DNA of 38,114 bases from Dehalococcoidia bacterium (GCA_021162245.1 JAGGZD010000029.1:1-38114), one strand, 5' to 3'; positions 8,520-18,311 are shown, numbered from the stretch's first letter. Notes: generated by a model not told the origin, from the letters alone. A program made the numbers and translations.

Positions 8520-9866
8520 CTATTTCTGTCTTGTGGCCCATAGCGGAGTAGCCTCGAAAGGTTCACCATTCAGTTTAGCCTGTAGAATTTCCTCCAGCTT
8601 CTCGATGGGTACTCGAATTTGTGCCAGGCTGTCTCTTTCGCGTATGGTAACCTGATCATCCTCCAGAGACTGGAAATCTACAGTAATGCAAAAGGGAGTG
8701 CCAACTTCGTCCTGGCGCCTGTATCTCCGTCCGATGCTTTGAGAATCGTCATAGCAGGTCATAAAATTGTGGCATAATTTAGCATAGACTTTTTTTGACA
8801 GCGGGGCTAATCTTTCGTTTCTGCTCAAGGGCAAGATAGCTGCTTTCATTGGAGCTATAGCGATAGGGAAGCGCAGAAGCACTCTGGTTTCTCCCTCTAC
8901 AGTTTCTTCGTGGTAAGCATCAATGAGCAGAGCTAGCACAGAGCGGTCAACGCCGGCTGACGGCTCAATAATGTAGGGAGTGTACCTCTTCTTCTCCTCG
9001 TTATCATAATAGTCAAGTTCTTTACCGCTGCATTTGGCATGCTGGGACAAATCATAATCACCCCTGTTGGCAATGCCTTCCAATTCTGCCCAGCCCATAG
9101 GGAATAGGTATTCGATGTCGTAGCAATCCTTAGCATAATGGGCCATCTCCTCTTTACCGTGTTGCCGCAGGCGCAGGTTTTCCTTTCTGATGCCTAGCTT
9201 GATATACCACTCAAGTCGCTCCTTGATCCAGTAGTCAAACCAGCGTTCATCAGTCCCGGGTTTAACAAAATATTCCATCTCCATTTGTTCGAACTCTCGG
9301 GTCCTGAAGATAAAGTTTCCTGGCGTTATTTCATTGCGGAAGGACTTGCCTATCTGGGCGATGCCAAAAGGCAATTTTTTTCTGGAAGTGGCAAGCACAT
9401 TTTTAAATTCAACAAATATGCCCTGGGCAGTCTCGGGGCGCAAGTAAATGGTGTTTGTTTCTTCCTCCACTGGACCCATAAAAGTTTTGAACATCAGGTT
9501 AAACATGCGAGGTTCAGTCAAAGCAGCACCACATTGAGGGCATTTGTTGTCAGTTATATCACTAGCTCGCCATCTCAGGTGGCAGATTTTACACTCCGCC
9601 AAAGGGTCAGTAAAGCTATCAATATGGCCGCTGGCTTTCCATACCGTAGGATGCATCATGATGCTGGTATCTATGCCTACAACGTCACCTCGCTCTTGAA
9701 TCATGGCTTTCCACCAGGCCTCTTTAACATTGCGTTTAAGCTCCACTCCCATAGGACCGTAGTCCCAGCAGCTAGATAAGCCGCCGTATATTTCACTGCT
9801 GGGGAAGATGAATCCTCGCCGCTTGCACAGAGAGGCGACTTTCTCCATATTCACTTTGCTTGTCAT
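8520..9866 (-). CDS. glyQS: glycine--tRNA ligase, alpha2 (GlyQS) type
   Basis: 448-aa ORF with the N-terminal GGLSSCWDYGPMGVELKRN motif and class II motif 2 FRNEITPGNFIFRTREFEQME. A strong SD sequence (AAGGAGAT) lies upstream. Confidence 0.92.
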   Translation of the reverse strand: MTSKVNMEKVASLCKRRGFIFPSSEIYGGLSSCWDYGPMGVELKRNVKEAWWKAMIQERGDVVGIDTSIMMHPTVWKASGHIDSFTDPLAECKICHLRWRASDITDNKCPQCGAALTEPRMFNLMFKTFMGPVEEETNTIYLRPETAQGIFVEFKNVLATSRKKLPFGIAQIGKSFRNEITPGNFIFRTREFEQMEMEYFVKPGTDERWFDYWIKERLEWYIKLGIRKENLRLRQHGKEEMAHYAKDCYDIEYLFPMGWAELEGIANRGDYDLSQHAKCSGKELDYYDNEEKKRYTPYIIEPSAGVDRSVLALLIDAYHEETVEGETRVLLRFPIAIAPMKAAILPLSRNERLAPLSKKVYAKLCHNFMTCYDDSQSIGRRYRRQDEVGTPFCITVDFQSLEDDQVTIRERDSLAQIRVPIEKLEEILQAKLNGEPFEATPLWATRQK

Positions 9867-10151
9867 TTATATCTCCTTGAGGCACCTTAGCTTATCAGCT
9901 TGGGCCGCTCAACGTCAAAGGGGCGGTGGACATTGTGTGCAGAGTATATTCAGGTCGTAGTTTTGCTTTTTTATCTTGCCTGTGTGGGGTCCCGATAATG
10001 GCCACATCGTAGATTTTGGGGTGCTTGCAAGAAACCTCTTCTATTGTAATGATCAGTATGTGGCCCTGCTGGAAGAAAAATAGCCTTCATGGGAGGGCCG
10101 AAATTACTATCAAGGTGAGCTTTAGTTTGTTAGAATCTTGCTGGGGTGAAA

Positions 10152-10181
10152 TTGGAATGGATGTGGATAAGCTGTCATAAT
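10152..10181 (+). promoter_or_regulatory. candidate promoter for thyX (TTGGAA-18 nt-CATAAT, with TG at -15/-14)
   Basis: The hexamers were read from the sequence. The SD-like GAGGTG and the ATG at 10201 follow. Confidence 0.25.
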
Positions 10182-10200
10182 GAGATAAGCGAGGTGAACT

Positions 10201-10794
10201 ATGATAAATGGATATGATGTAGAAGTTAAGTTACTTGCGATCACTCCTGAAGCTGAGAAACTAATAGAAAAGGCGGGGAGGTTATGCTGGGATACGCAGG
10301 ATAAAATAGGGACGGTGCCTGACCGTATCCGGAAATGGATGGAAGTAGGGCACGAGTCGATGATTGAACATGCTTGCGCCACCTTCTATATCAGGGCTAG
10401 CCGGGTATTAACCCATGAGCTTGTCAGGCACAGGATGGCAAGCTATAGCCAGAGAAGCCAGAGATATGTAAAAGAGAACGAACCGAGATATATTGAACCT
10501 CCCGAAATTAAGCAAAGAAGTGAATCTGCCCAGGAGCAATTTGAACAGGCGATGAGAGTTTGCTGGGAGGTTTATAGAGATTTACTGGCTACGGGAGTAA
10601 AACCCGAGATAGCTCGATATGTTCTTCCTAATGCCTGTGAAACTCAAATAATCTGTACGTGGAATTTTCGTGAGATTCGTCACATCATTAAATTGCGAAC
10701 GTCTAAACGAGCACTCCCTGAGATAAGAGTAGTGGCTGGAGAGATAAGTAGAGTAGCGAAGGAAGTGGCCCCTCAGGTATTTCAGGATTTATGA
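10201..10794 (+). CDS. thyX: flavin-dependent thymidylate synthase
   Basis: 197-aa ORF carrying the ThyX signature RHRMASYSQRSQRY. Confidence 0.92.
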   Translation: MINGYDVEVKLLAITPEAEKLIEKAGRLCWDTQDKIGTVPDRIRKWMEVGHESMIEHACATFYIRASRVLTHELVRHRMASYSQRSQRYVKENEPRYIEPPEIKQRSESAQEQFEQAMRVCWEVYRDLLATGVKPEIARYVLPNACETQIICTWNFREIRHIIKLRTSKRALPEIRVVAGEISRVAKEVAPQVFQDL

Positions 10795-11579
10795 GCGGTT
10801 ATGCCCTCCTTTGGGAAAATACAGGCGTCTCATTAATGAAAAAACTTATTGAAGGGGCATGTCAGCTAGGGATAGAGCTTAGCACCAGGCAGGTGAAGCA
10901 ATTCGAACTCTATTACCAAAAGCTGGTAGAGTGGAATAAACAGGTTAACCTTACTGCCATAATTGATTATCAGGAAGCTCAAGTGAAGCATTTTCTTGAT
11001 TCCATAAGTGTGATTTCGGTCTTGACTAGAGAAGAGATAAACAAGGCAGATTTTAGTATTATCGATGTAGGCACAGGTGCTGGTTTTCCTGGCCTGCCTC
11101 TTAAAATCCTTCTCGGCGAGCCAAGAATTGTGCTAGTTGATTCAACGGCCAAAAAAGTAGCTTTCCTGCAGTATATTACCCAGGAGCTGGAATTGGGTGG
11201 AGTGGAAATAGTGCGTGGCAGAGCTGAGGAAATAGCGCATTTGCCCTTATATCGCCAGCAATTCGATTTAGTCGTCTCACGCGCTGTGGCCAAACTGTCT
11301 GCGTTAGTCGAATTAGCTTTACCTTTCTGCCGGCTCGGCGGGAAATTCGTGGCTCAGAAAAAAGGCGATGTGGGGCAGGAAATGAGGAAAGCCACTGGAG
11401 CTATTGAAACTATGGGTGGTAAATTAAATCAGGCAAAAAGGATAGAGTTAAAGGGACTTGATGACGAGCGTTATTTGGTAGTTGTTGATAAAATATATTT
11501 TACACCGGGGAAATATCCGCGACGCTCTGGCATACCAATGCGTCGCCCAATTCAGGAGGTAAGTAAAGATGTGGCATAG
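10791..11579 (+). CDS. rsmG: 16S rRNA (guanine527-N7)-methyltransferase
   Basis: It has the SAM-binding motif IDVGTGAGFPGLPLKI. Its ATGA overlaps the thyX stop. An alternative start at the ATG at 10836 (MKKLIEG) would give a more typical length. Confidence 0.88.
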   Translation: MSGYALLWENTGVSLMKKLIEGACQLGIELSTRQVKQFELYYQKLVEWNKQVNLTAIIDYQEAQVKHFLDSISVISVLTREEINKADFSIIDVGTGAGFPGLPLKILLGEPRIVLVDSTAKKVAFLQYITQELELGGVEIVRGRAEEIAHLPLYRQQFDLVVSRAVAKLSALVELALPFCRLGGKFVAQKKGDVGQEMRKATGAIETMGGKLNQAKRIELKGLDDERYLVVVDKIYFTPGKYPRRSGIPMRRPIQEVSKDVA

Positions 11580-11754
11580 AAAGGCTTGGAGATTTTATTT
11601 TGGGATTCCCTCTTTTGGTTTCTATTTCCATGGGCGAAAGCCGCCTCCAGCTAAGGAAGAGTACCTTAGTATGCTTCAGGAATACAAGAAAGAGCTGGAA
11701 GAGGAATTAGAGGAAGTGGGTAAAGAGATTGAAGAGGTGGAAAAAAATTCTTAG
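11569..11754 (+). CDS. small hypothetical protein with an aromatic/basic N-terminus and an acidic coiled-coil C-terminus (possibly DUF5320-like)
   Basis: 61-aa ORF. An AGGAGG sits 8 nt upstream of the ATG, and the start overlaps the 3' end of rsmG by 11 nt. The C-terminal half reads KEEYLSMLQEYKKELEEELEEVGKEIEEVEK. Confidence 0.55.
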   Translation: MWHRKAWRFYFGIPSFGFYFHGRKPPPAKEEYLSMLQEYKKELEEELEEVGKEIEEVEKNS

Positions 11755-11867
11755 CGAGCGAAGACAGGAAGATGTGCCTGTAAATCACTGTTCTGGTAAT
11801 AATCAGCTTTGGGACGCTTCGCATTGGGTTTGATTTTTTTCTGTGCTTATTCTAAGATGTAACCACT

Positions 11868-12749
11868 ATGGAAAAAGCTACGTGGAAAACTAAAATTGGA
11901 CTGGCTCAAATGCTGAAAGGTGGAGTGATTATGGATGTAGTCACCCCTGAGCAAGCTAAAATTGCTGAGGATGCTGGCGCCTGTGCTGTTATGGCTTTGG
12001 AACGAGTGCCAGCAGATATTCGTGCCGCTGGAGGAGTAGCTCGTATGGCTGACCCCAGTATAGTTTCGGCTATAATGGATACAGTAAGCATACCAGTAAT
12101 GGCGAAGTGTCGGATTGGACATTTTGTTGAAGCTCAGGTGTTGGAGGCCATGGGAGTTGATTTTATTGACGAATCCGAAGTACTTACTCCTGCTGATGAA
12201 AACTACCATGTCTGGAAGCATGATTTCAAAGTTCCTTTTGTCTGTGGCTGTCGTGATTTAGGCGAGGCGTTGCGCCGCATTGCTGAAGGGGCTGCCATGA
12301 TTAGAACGAAGGGTGAAGCTGGAACGGGAAATATTGTTGAAGCTGTGAGGCATATGCGCGTCGTCCAGGATGGGATTCGATGGCTTAAGGCTCTGCCTGT
12401 GGAAGAGTTGGTGGCGGAGGCAAAGAAACTTGGTGCCCCGGCAGAGATAGTTATGAAGATTCATAATACAGGTAAACTACCTGTGGTGAACTTTGCCGCT
12501 GGTGGTGTAGCTACGCCAGCCGATGCTGCCTTGATGATGCAACTGGGAGCTGAGGGCGTGTTTGTTGGCTCAGGCATCTTTAAGTCAAGCAATCCTCCTG
12601 CGGTAGCAAAGGCTGTTGTCAAAGCTACTACTCATTATCAGGACCCTGCTATTCTTGTTGATGTGTCTAAAGGTTTGGGAGCGGCTATGCCTGGGGTGGA
12701 TATAAAAACCATACCTCAGCAGGAGTTATTGGCTACCAGGGGCTGGTAA
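11868..12749 (+). CDS. pdxS: pyridoxal 5'-phosphate synthase, lyase subunit
   Basis: 293-aa ORF containing [37 protein letters not shown], a near-invariant PdxS/SNZ sequence. Confidence 0.95.
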   Translation: MEKATWKTKIGLAQMLKGGVIMDVVTPEQAKIAEDAGACAVMALERVPADIRAAGGVARMADPSIVSAIMDTVSIPVMAKCRIGHFVEAQVLEAMGVDFIDESEVLTPADENYHVWKHDFKVPFVCGCRDLGEALRRIAEGAAMIRTKGEAGTGNIVEAVRHMRVVQDGIRWLKALPVEELVAEAKKLGAPAEIVMKIHNTGKLPVVNFAAGGVATPADAALMMQLGAEGVFVGSGIFKSSNPPAVAKAVVKATTHYQDPAILVDVSKGLGAAMPGVDIKTIPQQELLATRGW

Positions 12750-12772
12750 GGGGAATATAACCTTATTACAGT

Positions 12773-14161
12773 ATGCAAAAGGTAGCTAGTGGCGAACTGG
12801 AAACTTTGCTTAATGTTTTGCCACCCTACGTTCGGGAGTTGCTTTACCATCAGCCTGATTGTAGTGATTTATTGGAGATAATTTTAGACCTGGGGCGCCC
12901 TCCTGAAGCTCGTTTCCTTCACCGCGACTTAATTCTAGATTCTAGGGAGATTGACCGTGGTGACATTGGCTACGTGGTGTCTCGCGTGGGAGAATTTACT
13001 GGAGACAATCGTGCTGGAATTGAACGCACTCTTCACCGCATTTCAGCCATGCGAAATAGGAATGGCCAGATAATTGGTCTGACCTGTCGTGTGGGTAGGG
13101 CTGTGTTTGGCAGTGCGAAGATGATTCAAGACCTTGTTGAACCAGGTAAAAAGGTTTTGCTCTTGGGCCCACCGGGAGTAGGTAAAACAACCATGCTGCG
13201 TGAGCTGGCGCGAGTATTGGCTGATGATTCTAAGAAACGTGTCATAGTGATTGATACCTCCAATGAAATTGCAGGGGATGGGGATATTCCTCATCCTGCT
13301 ATTGGGCATGCACGACGGATGCAGGTGGCTACTCCTGCCAGGCAACATGCAGTAATGATTGAGGCGGTGGAGAATCATATGCCGGAGGTTATTATCATTG
13401 ATGAAATAGGCACTGAACTTGAAGCTCAGGCGGCTAGAACTATTGCTGAGCGTGGAGTGCAATTGGTAGGTACGGCACACGGGAATACCTTGGGGAACCT
13501 GATAATGAATCCTACCTTATCTGATCTTGTTGGTGGTATCCAGACGGTTACACTGGGTGATGAAGAGGCGAAGCGGCGTCACACACAGAAGTCTGTTCTG
13601 GAACGTAAAGCACCCCCCACTTTTGATGCGGTAGTTGAAATCATGGACTATTACAAGGTAGTTGTTCATCCTAGTGTAAGTGATGCTGTGGATGCTATTT
13701 TGTGTCAGCGACCTATGCAGGTGGAATTTCGTTGGATGAATGAGGAAGGAGAGGTGAGAAGCAAGAAAGGGCCATCGTCTTCTAGTCTGGATAATAATCA
13801 AAAACTTGCTCTGAGCGAAACAAAGGAACTGAAAGGAAACCCGCTACGGTTTTACCTTTTTGGTGTTAATCGGATTCGATTGGAGCAAGTTGCTACGGAA
13901 AAGCGAAGGGATTTGCAGGTCATCACCGATATCAAACAGGCGGAACTTTTCGTTACTACACGTAGCCATTACCGCCGCAAGGCACAGAAAGTAAGGGACG
14001 CTGAAATACTTGGTATTCCAATTTATGTTCTTAAAAGTAACAACGTTGCCCAGATGAGACAATGTCTTGATACTGTTTATCCTGTTGCTTCTGAGCCTGG
14101 CTATATTTATCACTTGCAGCACTTGTTGAACAGGCGCCATAATAGCAAGGAAAATGCATAG
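12773..14161 (+). CDS. AAA-type ATPase, SpoIIIAA/Ycf45-like, with an extra C-terminal domain
   Basis: 462-aa ORF with Walker A GPPGVGKTT and Walker B VIIIDEIG. The layout resembles SpoIIIAA/Ycf45-family ATPases. The function of the C-terminal roughly 130 aa is unknown. Confidence 0.7.
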   Translation: MQKVASGELETLLNVLPPYVRELLYHQPDCSDLLEIILDLGRPPEARFLHRDLILDSREIDRGDIGYVVSRVGEFTGDNRAGIERTLHRISAMRNRNGQIIGLTCRVGRAVFGSAKMIQDLVEPGKKVLLLGPPGVGKTTMLRELARVLADDSKKRVIVIDTSNEIAGDGDIPHPAIGHARRMQVATPARQHAVMIEAVENHMPEVIIIDEIGTELEAQAARTIAERGVQLVGTAHGNTLGNLIMNPTLSDLVGGIQTVTLGDEEAKRRHTQKSVLERKAPPTFDAVVEIMDYYKVVVHPSVSDAVDAILCQRPMQVEFRWMNEEGEVRSKKGPSSSSLDNNQKLALSETKELKGNPLRFYLFGVNRIRLEQVATEKRRDLQVITDIKQAELFVTTRSHYRRKAQKVRDAEILGIPIYVLKSNNVAQMRQCLDTVYPVASEPGYIYHLQHLLNRRHNSKENA

Positions 14162-14220
14162 TCTTGTAATGCTGGTGGCGAAAGGAAATGGCATCGCACT
14201 AAGGAGGATTGAGGTAGTCG

Positions 14221-14889
14221 TTGAGCTTATTTATTGTATTTGAAGGTGGTGAGGGTTGTGGGAAAAGTAGTCAGGCAAGGATTTTATGTTGCAGGTTGCT
14301 TCGACAGAGTATTCCTGCAGTACTGACACATGAGCCAGGGGGGACTCTCTTGGGTAATAAGTTAAGGAGAATGCTCAAGAGGAAAGAGGGAATCCCTATC
14401 TCCCCTGAGGCGGAGTTGCTCCTTTTTGCTGCTTCCCGTGCCCAGTTGGTAACTGAGGTGATTCAGCCTGCCTTACAACAAGAGAAGATAGTTATTTGTG
14501 ACCGGTTTAGCTATTCGACACTTGTTTATCAGGGCCATGGACGTGGGCTTAAATTAACTGCTATAGAGATGATTAATAACTTGGCGGCACAGAATCTCAA
14601 GCCAGATGTTGTCGTCCTTTTAGATTTGCTACCTGAACAAGGCCTGGCACGAAAATCTGGTTTGGGGGACCGTTTTGAATTGGAGGAATTGCCATTTCAT
14701 CACCGGGTAAGGGAAGGATACCTTAAGATGGCAGCTTTTGACCCAGATCGCTGGTTAGTTATAGATGCCACACTACCTAAAAGGAGAATCAGTGAGATTA
14801 TCTGGGGGAAGATAAGTCAACTGCTACCTTTCCCCAGCGGATCCGAAGCACTGAGTACCCTCCCATCCCCTGCCGTTCAGGGGAAGTAG
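14221..14889 (+). CDS. tmk: thymidylate kinase
   Basis: 222-aa ORF with a TTG start. It has the P-loop FEGGEGCGKSSQ and the DRF motif (CDRFSYSTLVYQG). Confidence 0.9.
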   Translation: MSLFIVFEGGEGCGKSSQARILCCRLLRQSIPAVLTHEPGGTLLGNKLRRMLKRKEGIPISPEAELLLFAASRAQLVTEVIQPALQQEKIVICDRFSYSTLVYQGHGRGLKLTAIEMINNLAAQNLKPDVVVLLDLLPEQGLARKSGLGDRFELEELPFHHRVREGYLKMAAFDPDRWLVIDATLPKRRISEIIWGKISQLLPFPSGSEALSTLPSPAVQGK

Positions 14890-14981
14890 AGTGCTTGGGG
14901 AACCTCACTGAGGGCAAAGCCTGCCAGGAGAGAGTAACTTTACAATCTCGCTATGCTCTACCTCGTTCGATATACTTGTGA

Positions 14982-16016
14982 ATGTCTATGACTAAAGAAA
15001 GAGTAGCTGTAGCATTGAGTGGAGGATTGGACTCTTCTGTGGCTGCCTTGTTGCTTAAGGATGCTGGCTATGAAATCCTGGGAGTGTATATGCGGTTGTG
15101 GGATTTATCACATGCTCAGCGGCTGGAACACCGGGCTGAGTATGTATGCCATACTCTTGGTATTTCTTTCCATGTGCTTGATTTACAAAAGGAGTTTGAG
15201 CATTGTGTAATAGATTATTTCTGCCAGGAGTACAGGAGGGGGCGAACTCCTAATCCTTGCATTGCCTGTAATCAACACGTCAAGTTTGGCTTTCTGCTAG
15301 ACAGGGCTCTTTCTTTGGGCGTTGATTATCTAGCTACAGGTCATTATGCCAGAATCGAGAAGACTAATGGTATTTGCCGTCTGCTTAGAGCGAAAGATAT
15401 GGGGAAAGACCAATCGTATTTTCTCTATACTTTAGACCAAAGTAGGCTTAGCCATCTTCTATTTCCTTTGGGGAACTATAGCAAAACTGAGGTTAGACAG
15501 CTAGCGCAACGAAAGGGATTATCCCCAGCGATCAGACCCAGCCAAGACCTTTGCTTTATTGCTCAAAAGAGCTACCATGTGTTTCTTAACCAGCACTTCC
15601 CAAGTATGCCTGGAGATATTCTGGATACTCAAGGAGCGATATTAGGTCACCACCGGGGAATAGCATTCTACACTATCGGGCAAAGGCATGGTTTGGGAGT
15701 AGCTTCAAACACCCCCCTTTATGTAACTAAGATAGAGCCAGAGAATAATAGAATTGTACTTGGCAACAAAGACGAGCTTTATAAACAGGAAGTTATGGCT
15801 AAAGATTTGACTTGGGTAGCGGGGGGATTACCGTTTCAGCCTGTAGCTGTAAGTGCTCAAATACGCTACAAATCAGCAGCAACAGAAGCTGTGCTATTCC
15901 CTAAGAAGGATTCTGCCCGTATTCGCTTTTCACAGCCGCAATGGGCGGTTACTCCAGGGCAGGCCATTGTCTTTTATAGAGACGATGAGTTATTGGGTGG
16001 AGGCATTATTGATTAG
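14982..16016 (+). CDS. mnmA: tRNA-specific 2-thiouridylase
   Basis: 344-aa ORF with the PP-loop VALSGGLDSSVAA, conserved cysteines (NPCIACN) and the MnmA C-terminal barrel region. Confidence 0.92.
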   Translation: MSMTKERVAVALSGGLDSSVAALLLKDAGYEILGVYMRLWDLSHAQRLEHRAEYVCHTLGISFHVLDLQKEFEHCVIDYFCQEYRRGRTPNPCIACNQHVKFGFLLDRALSLGVDYLATGHYARIEKTNGICRLLRAKDMGKDQSYFLYTLDQSRLSHLLFPLGNYSKTEVRQLAQRKGLSPAIRPSQDLCFIAQKSYHVFLNQHFPSMPGDILDTQGAILGHHRGIAFYTIGQRHGLGVASNTPLYVTKIEPENNRIVLGNKDELYKQEVMAKDLTWVAGGLPFQPVAVSAQIRYKSAATEAVLFPKKDSARIRFSQPQWAVTPGQAIVFYRDDELLGGGIID

Positions 16017-16072
16017 GAATTCTCAAATCTCTTTATTATAGTATTGTTACTATTGCTTCTACGAGCAGATTA

Positions 16073-17266
16073 TCACTTTTGCAGAGTCTTTCTTAAATTT
16101 ATCAACAGCTCATCTATTTCCTCTTTGATGTTGTAGAAATGTGGAGAGATTCGGATCACCTCTTCCCCACTCGGTTCAACAGCAGTGTTGTATTTTTCCA
16201 ATTCAACAGCTACTTTCTGGGCATTGGGAACTTTGATTGTCAGGTGAGACCTTTGTTCTCTGGTATATGGTGATTTTGTCTCAAAACCTTCGTAACCATC
16301 TTCGGTAATTCGTTGGAAGTAATAATCCAGCAGGCGCTTAGTGTAGGTTTCGATGTTCTTTACCCCAATTTCATTTATCATTTTGAGCACTGGCAGCGAA
16401 ATGTAATCAAGTGGGAGTCGTGGAACGCCCAATTCAAATCTGTTTGCTGTTTTGGAAAGGGGGTGACGACCCCTATTCTCCAGCCAATACGGGAATGATT
16501 CCATAAAGTCTTCCCCACTGAACCATCCTCTATCCAGTGATTCTAATTTTTCCACCAGTTTTTTCTTCACATACAGAAAGGCATTTCCTGTGGGGCACAA
16601 CAAATATTTGTAGGTGGTGCTTGCCAAAAAATCGACGCCGCTTTCTTTAACATCTTCTACAAAATGACCGCTTAGTTGCCCATCATCTATAAATACATAT
16701 GCGCCTTTATCATGGGCTATTTTTACTATCTCTCTGAGTTTGCCCTGTCTAAATCCAGTGCGGTAACAGGTACCTGTCAAAACTACCAGAATAGTTTTTT
16801 CATCAATGATTTTTTTATAATCGGCTGGTCCTGGGCGCAAGTTGTCATAGTCAACTGGGCTGCCAATCTTTTGAGGTGAAGGGACAAAGGAGATTTTGGC
16901 GCCTCTCTTTTGCTGGGCATAACATGCGAATGATATACCAGGAAAGCTTAGAGCGCTTACCACTATTTTGTTCCGCTTTTCGTAATCAAGCGAGTTTAAG
17001 ATTCGGCAAGCTGCTGCACTTGTACTCTGCACGAGTGCAACCTCTCCGGGTTCTGCGTTAATTATCTTTGCAAATTCAGCCTTCAACTCCTCATGTGCAT
17101 TCAGGAAATTGTCGAAATTTACCCCGGGTATTTCAGTGCTCGAGTTTTTAACATCTTCAATGGCTTGAACGCCAACATCTGGCAGAATCCCGATGCCGCA
17201 GGTCGCCTGATAGTTTATCCCCCGTTTTATGATAGGGAATCTATTCCTGTATTCTTCAATTTCCAT
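16073..17266 (-). CDS. class V aminotransferase-fold PLP enzyme, specificity unknown
   Basis: The ORF runs to 17305, but the ATG at 17266 (MEIEEYRNRFP) is preceded by GAGGAGAG. A putative PLP lysine sits in ASTTYKYLL, and the C-terminal IRISPHFYN motif is typical of the fold. No cysteine occurs in the loop where cysteine desulfurases carry their catalytic Cys. Confidence 0.65.
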   Translation of the reverse strand: MEIEEYRNRFPIIKRGINYQATCGIGILPDVGVQAIEDVKNSSTEIPGVNFDNFLNAHEELKAEFAKIINAEPGEVALVQSTSAAACRILNSLDYEKRNKIVVSALSFPGISFACYAQQKRGAKISFVPSPQKIGSPVDYDNLRPGPADYKKIIDEKTILVVLTGTCYRTGFRQGKLREIVKIAHDKGAYVFIDDGQLSGHFVEDVKESGVDFLASTTYKYLLCPTGNAFLYVKKKLVEKLESLDRGWFSGEDFMESFPYWLENRGRHPLSKTANRFELGVPRLPLDYISLPVLKMINEIGVKNIETYTKRLLDYYFQRITEDGYEGFETKSPYTREQRSHLTIKVPNAQKVAVELEKYNTAVEPSGEEVIRISPHFYNIKEEIDELLINLRKTLQK

Positions 17267-17593
17267 ATGCTCACTCTCCTCGTTTTTCTGTAAAATTTGC
17301 CACATCTGGCTATTGTCTCAGATTGCCAACCGACTTAATTTCCCATGATTGTGCTTAAGCAGCCGTTACTGGTTATTGGTGCGCTATGTATCAACTCTTT
17401 TAATTGGTGCTCTGGCAAAAGTGCGTGCCCCTTCACTACACAATATACAATTATTTTGGGAGGTGCTGTCAAGCTACTGAATTGGATCATCTAAAATCGA
17501 ACTGAAGCCGTGGTTGCTTGCCCGTTTGTGTGGGAAAGTGATAAGAGGGGAAACGAGTAAAGCCTTGGTGCCAATGGTTAAGAACTGAGAAAG

Positions 17594-17602
17594 TGGTATT
17601 AT
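17594..17602 (+). promoter_or_regulatory. candidate extended -10 element TGGTATTAT upstream of rnhB
   Basis: A TGnTATTAT element lies 22 nt upstream of the rnhB ATG. No convincing -35 box or SD sequence is present. Confidence 0.25.
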
Positions 17603-17624
17603 TTAATATACAGTTATTAGAAAT

Positions 17625-18269
17625 ATGTCGCAGCCGCTAAATCTTGATTGGGAAAAGAGGCTTAGCTCACAGGGTTATGAGCTTATTGCGGGCATTGATG
17701 AGGTTGGTAGGGGAGCTCTTGCTGGCCCGGTAGTTGCTGCTGCCGTTATTCTGCCTCGCTGTAGCTACCTCCCCTGGTTTAAACTGGTTCGAGATAGTAA
17801 GGAGATAAGCTCAAAGAAGCGTGAAACCTTGTTCCCTTTGATTCGAGGAGAGGCTACAGCTGTAGGTGTTGGTATTGTTTCAGAGAGAATAATTGATGCC
17901 ACGAATATTCTTAAAGCTACTCAGCTGGCTATGGAGCGAGCTGTAGAAGAACTGCCGAGTCAACCACATTTCCTCATTATTGATAGATTGACTTTACCCC
18001 ATTGCTCTATACCTCAAAAAGGAATAACCAGGGGCGATAAATTATGTCTTTCTATTGCCTGTGCTTCTATTGTAGCTAAGGTTATCAGGGATCACTTGAT
18101 GGGGAACCTGGATAAATTTTATCCAGGTTATGATTTTGCCAGGCATAAAGGGTATGGGACTAGGAGGCATATTTCCTGTCTGCAACTCTTGGGGCCTTCG
18201 CCAATTCACCGGCTATCCTTTGCTCCTGTTAGGACTATGATTGTGAATCATAGCCCTTCTCCCATGTGA
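17625..18269 (+). CDS. rnhB: ribonuclease HII
   Basis: 214-aa ORF with the catalytic motif GIDEVGRGALAGPVVAAAV. Confidence 0.92.
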   Translation: MSQPLNLDWEKRLSSQGYELIAGIDEVGRGALAGPVVAAAVILPRCSYLPWFKLVRDSKEISSKKRETLFPLIRGEATAVGVGIVSERIIDATNILKATQLAMERAVEELPSQPHFLIIDRLTLPHCSIPQKGITRGDKLCLSIACASIVAKVIRDHLMGNLDKFYPGYDFARHKGYGTRRHISCLQLLGPSPIHRLSFAPVRTMIVNHSPSPM

Positions 18270-18311
18270 ATAGGAGAGTAAGATGCGGCTGGGAGGGTAA
18301 AATGATCTAAA

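Noticed and set aside
9867-10200. I considered a T-box riboswitch upstream of glyQS, and likewise upstream of lysS at 28935-29065.
   Set aside because: I found no T-box core sequence (GGTGG-ACC-CG type) on the relevant strand, and the lysS spacer of 131 bp is too short. A strong SD sequence lies directly upstream of glyQS, with a weak TTGACG promoter-like element close by.
11868-12749. pdxS has no adjacent pdxT.
   Set aside because: The glutaminase subunit is often encoded elsewhere, and whether it is absent from the genome cannot be judged from a 38-kb window.
12773-14161. I considered the SpoIIIAA-like ATPase as evidence of a sporulation locus.
   Set aside because: No other spoIIIA-type genes are adjacent. 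This ATPase family (Ycf45-like) is widespread in non-sporulating bacteria and plastids.
14982-17305. mnmA is convergent with a class-V aminotransferase-fold gene, which suggested a dedicated cysteine desulfurase/thiouridylase pair like YrvO-MnmA.
   Set aside because: The class-V protein has no cysteine in the C-terminal loop where desulfurases carry the persulfide-forming Cys (that region reads SPYTREQRSHLTIKV). The genes are convergent rather than co-transcribed, so the link is unsupported.
17335-17490. A 51-codon minus-strand ORF (MIQFSSLTAPPKIIVYCVVKGH...) sits in the 319-bp spacer upstream of the aminotransferase gene. Its IVYC segment is faintly rhodanese-like.
   Set aside because: It has no SD sequence and no real match to the rhodanese active-site loop (CxxGxR). 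It lies below any reliable length threshold.
17594-17605. A shared 12-mer, TGGTATTATTTA, lies upstream of both rnhB (17594) and the glycerate kinase gene (19228), and could be a common regulatory motif.
   Set aside because: Tens of identical 12-mer pairs are expected by chance in a 38-kb window (about N^2/2 x 4^-12). I kept only the extended -10 interpretation, at low confidence.
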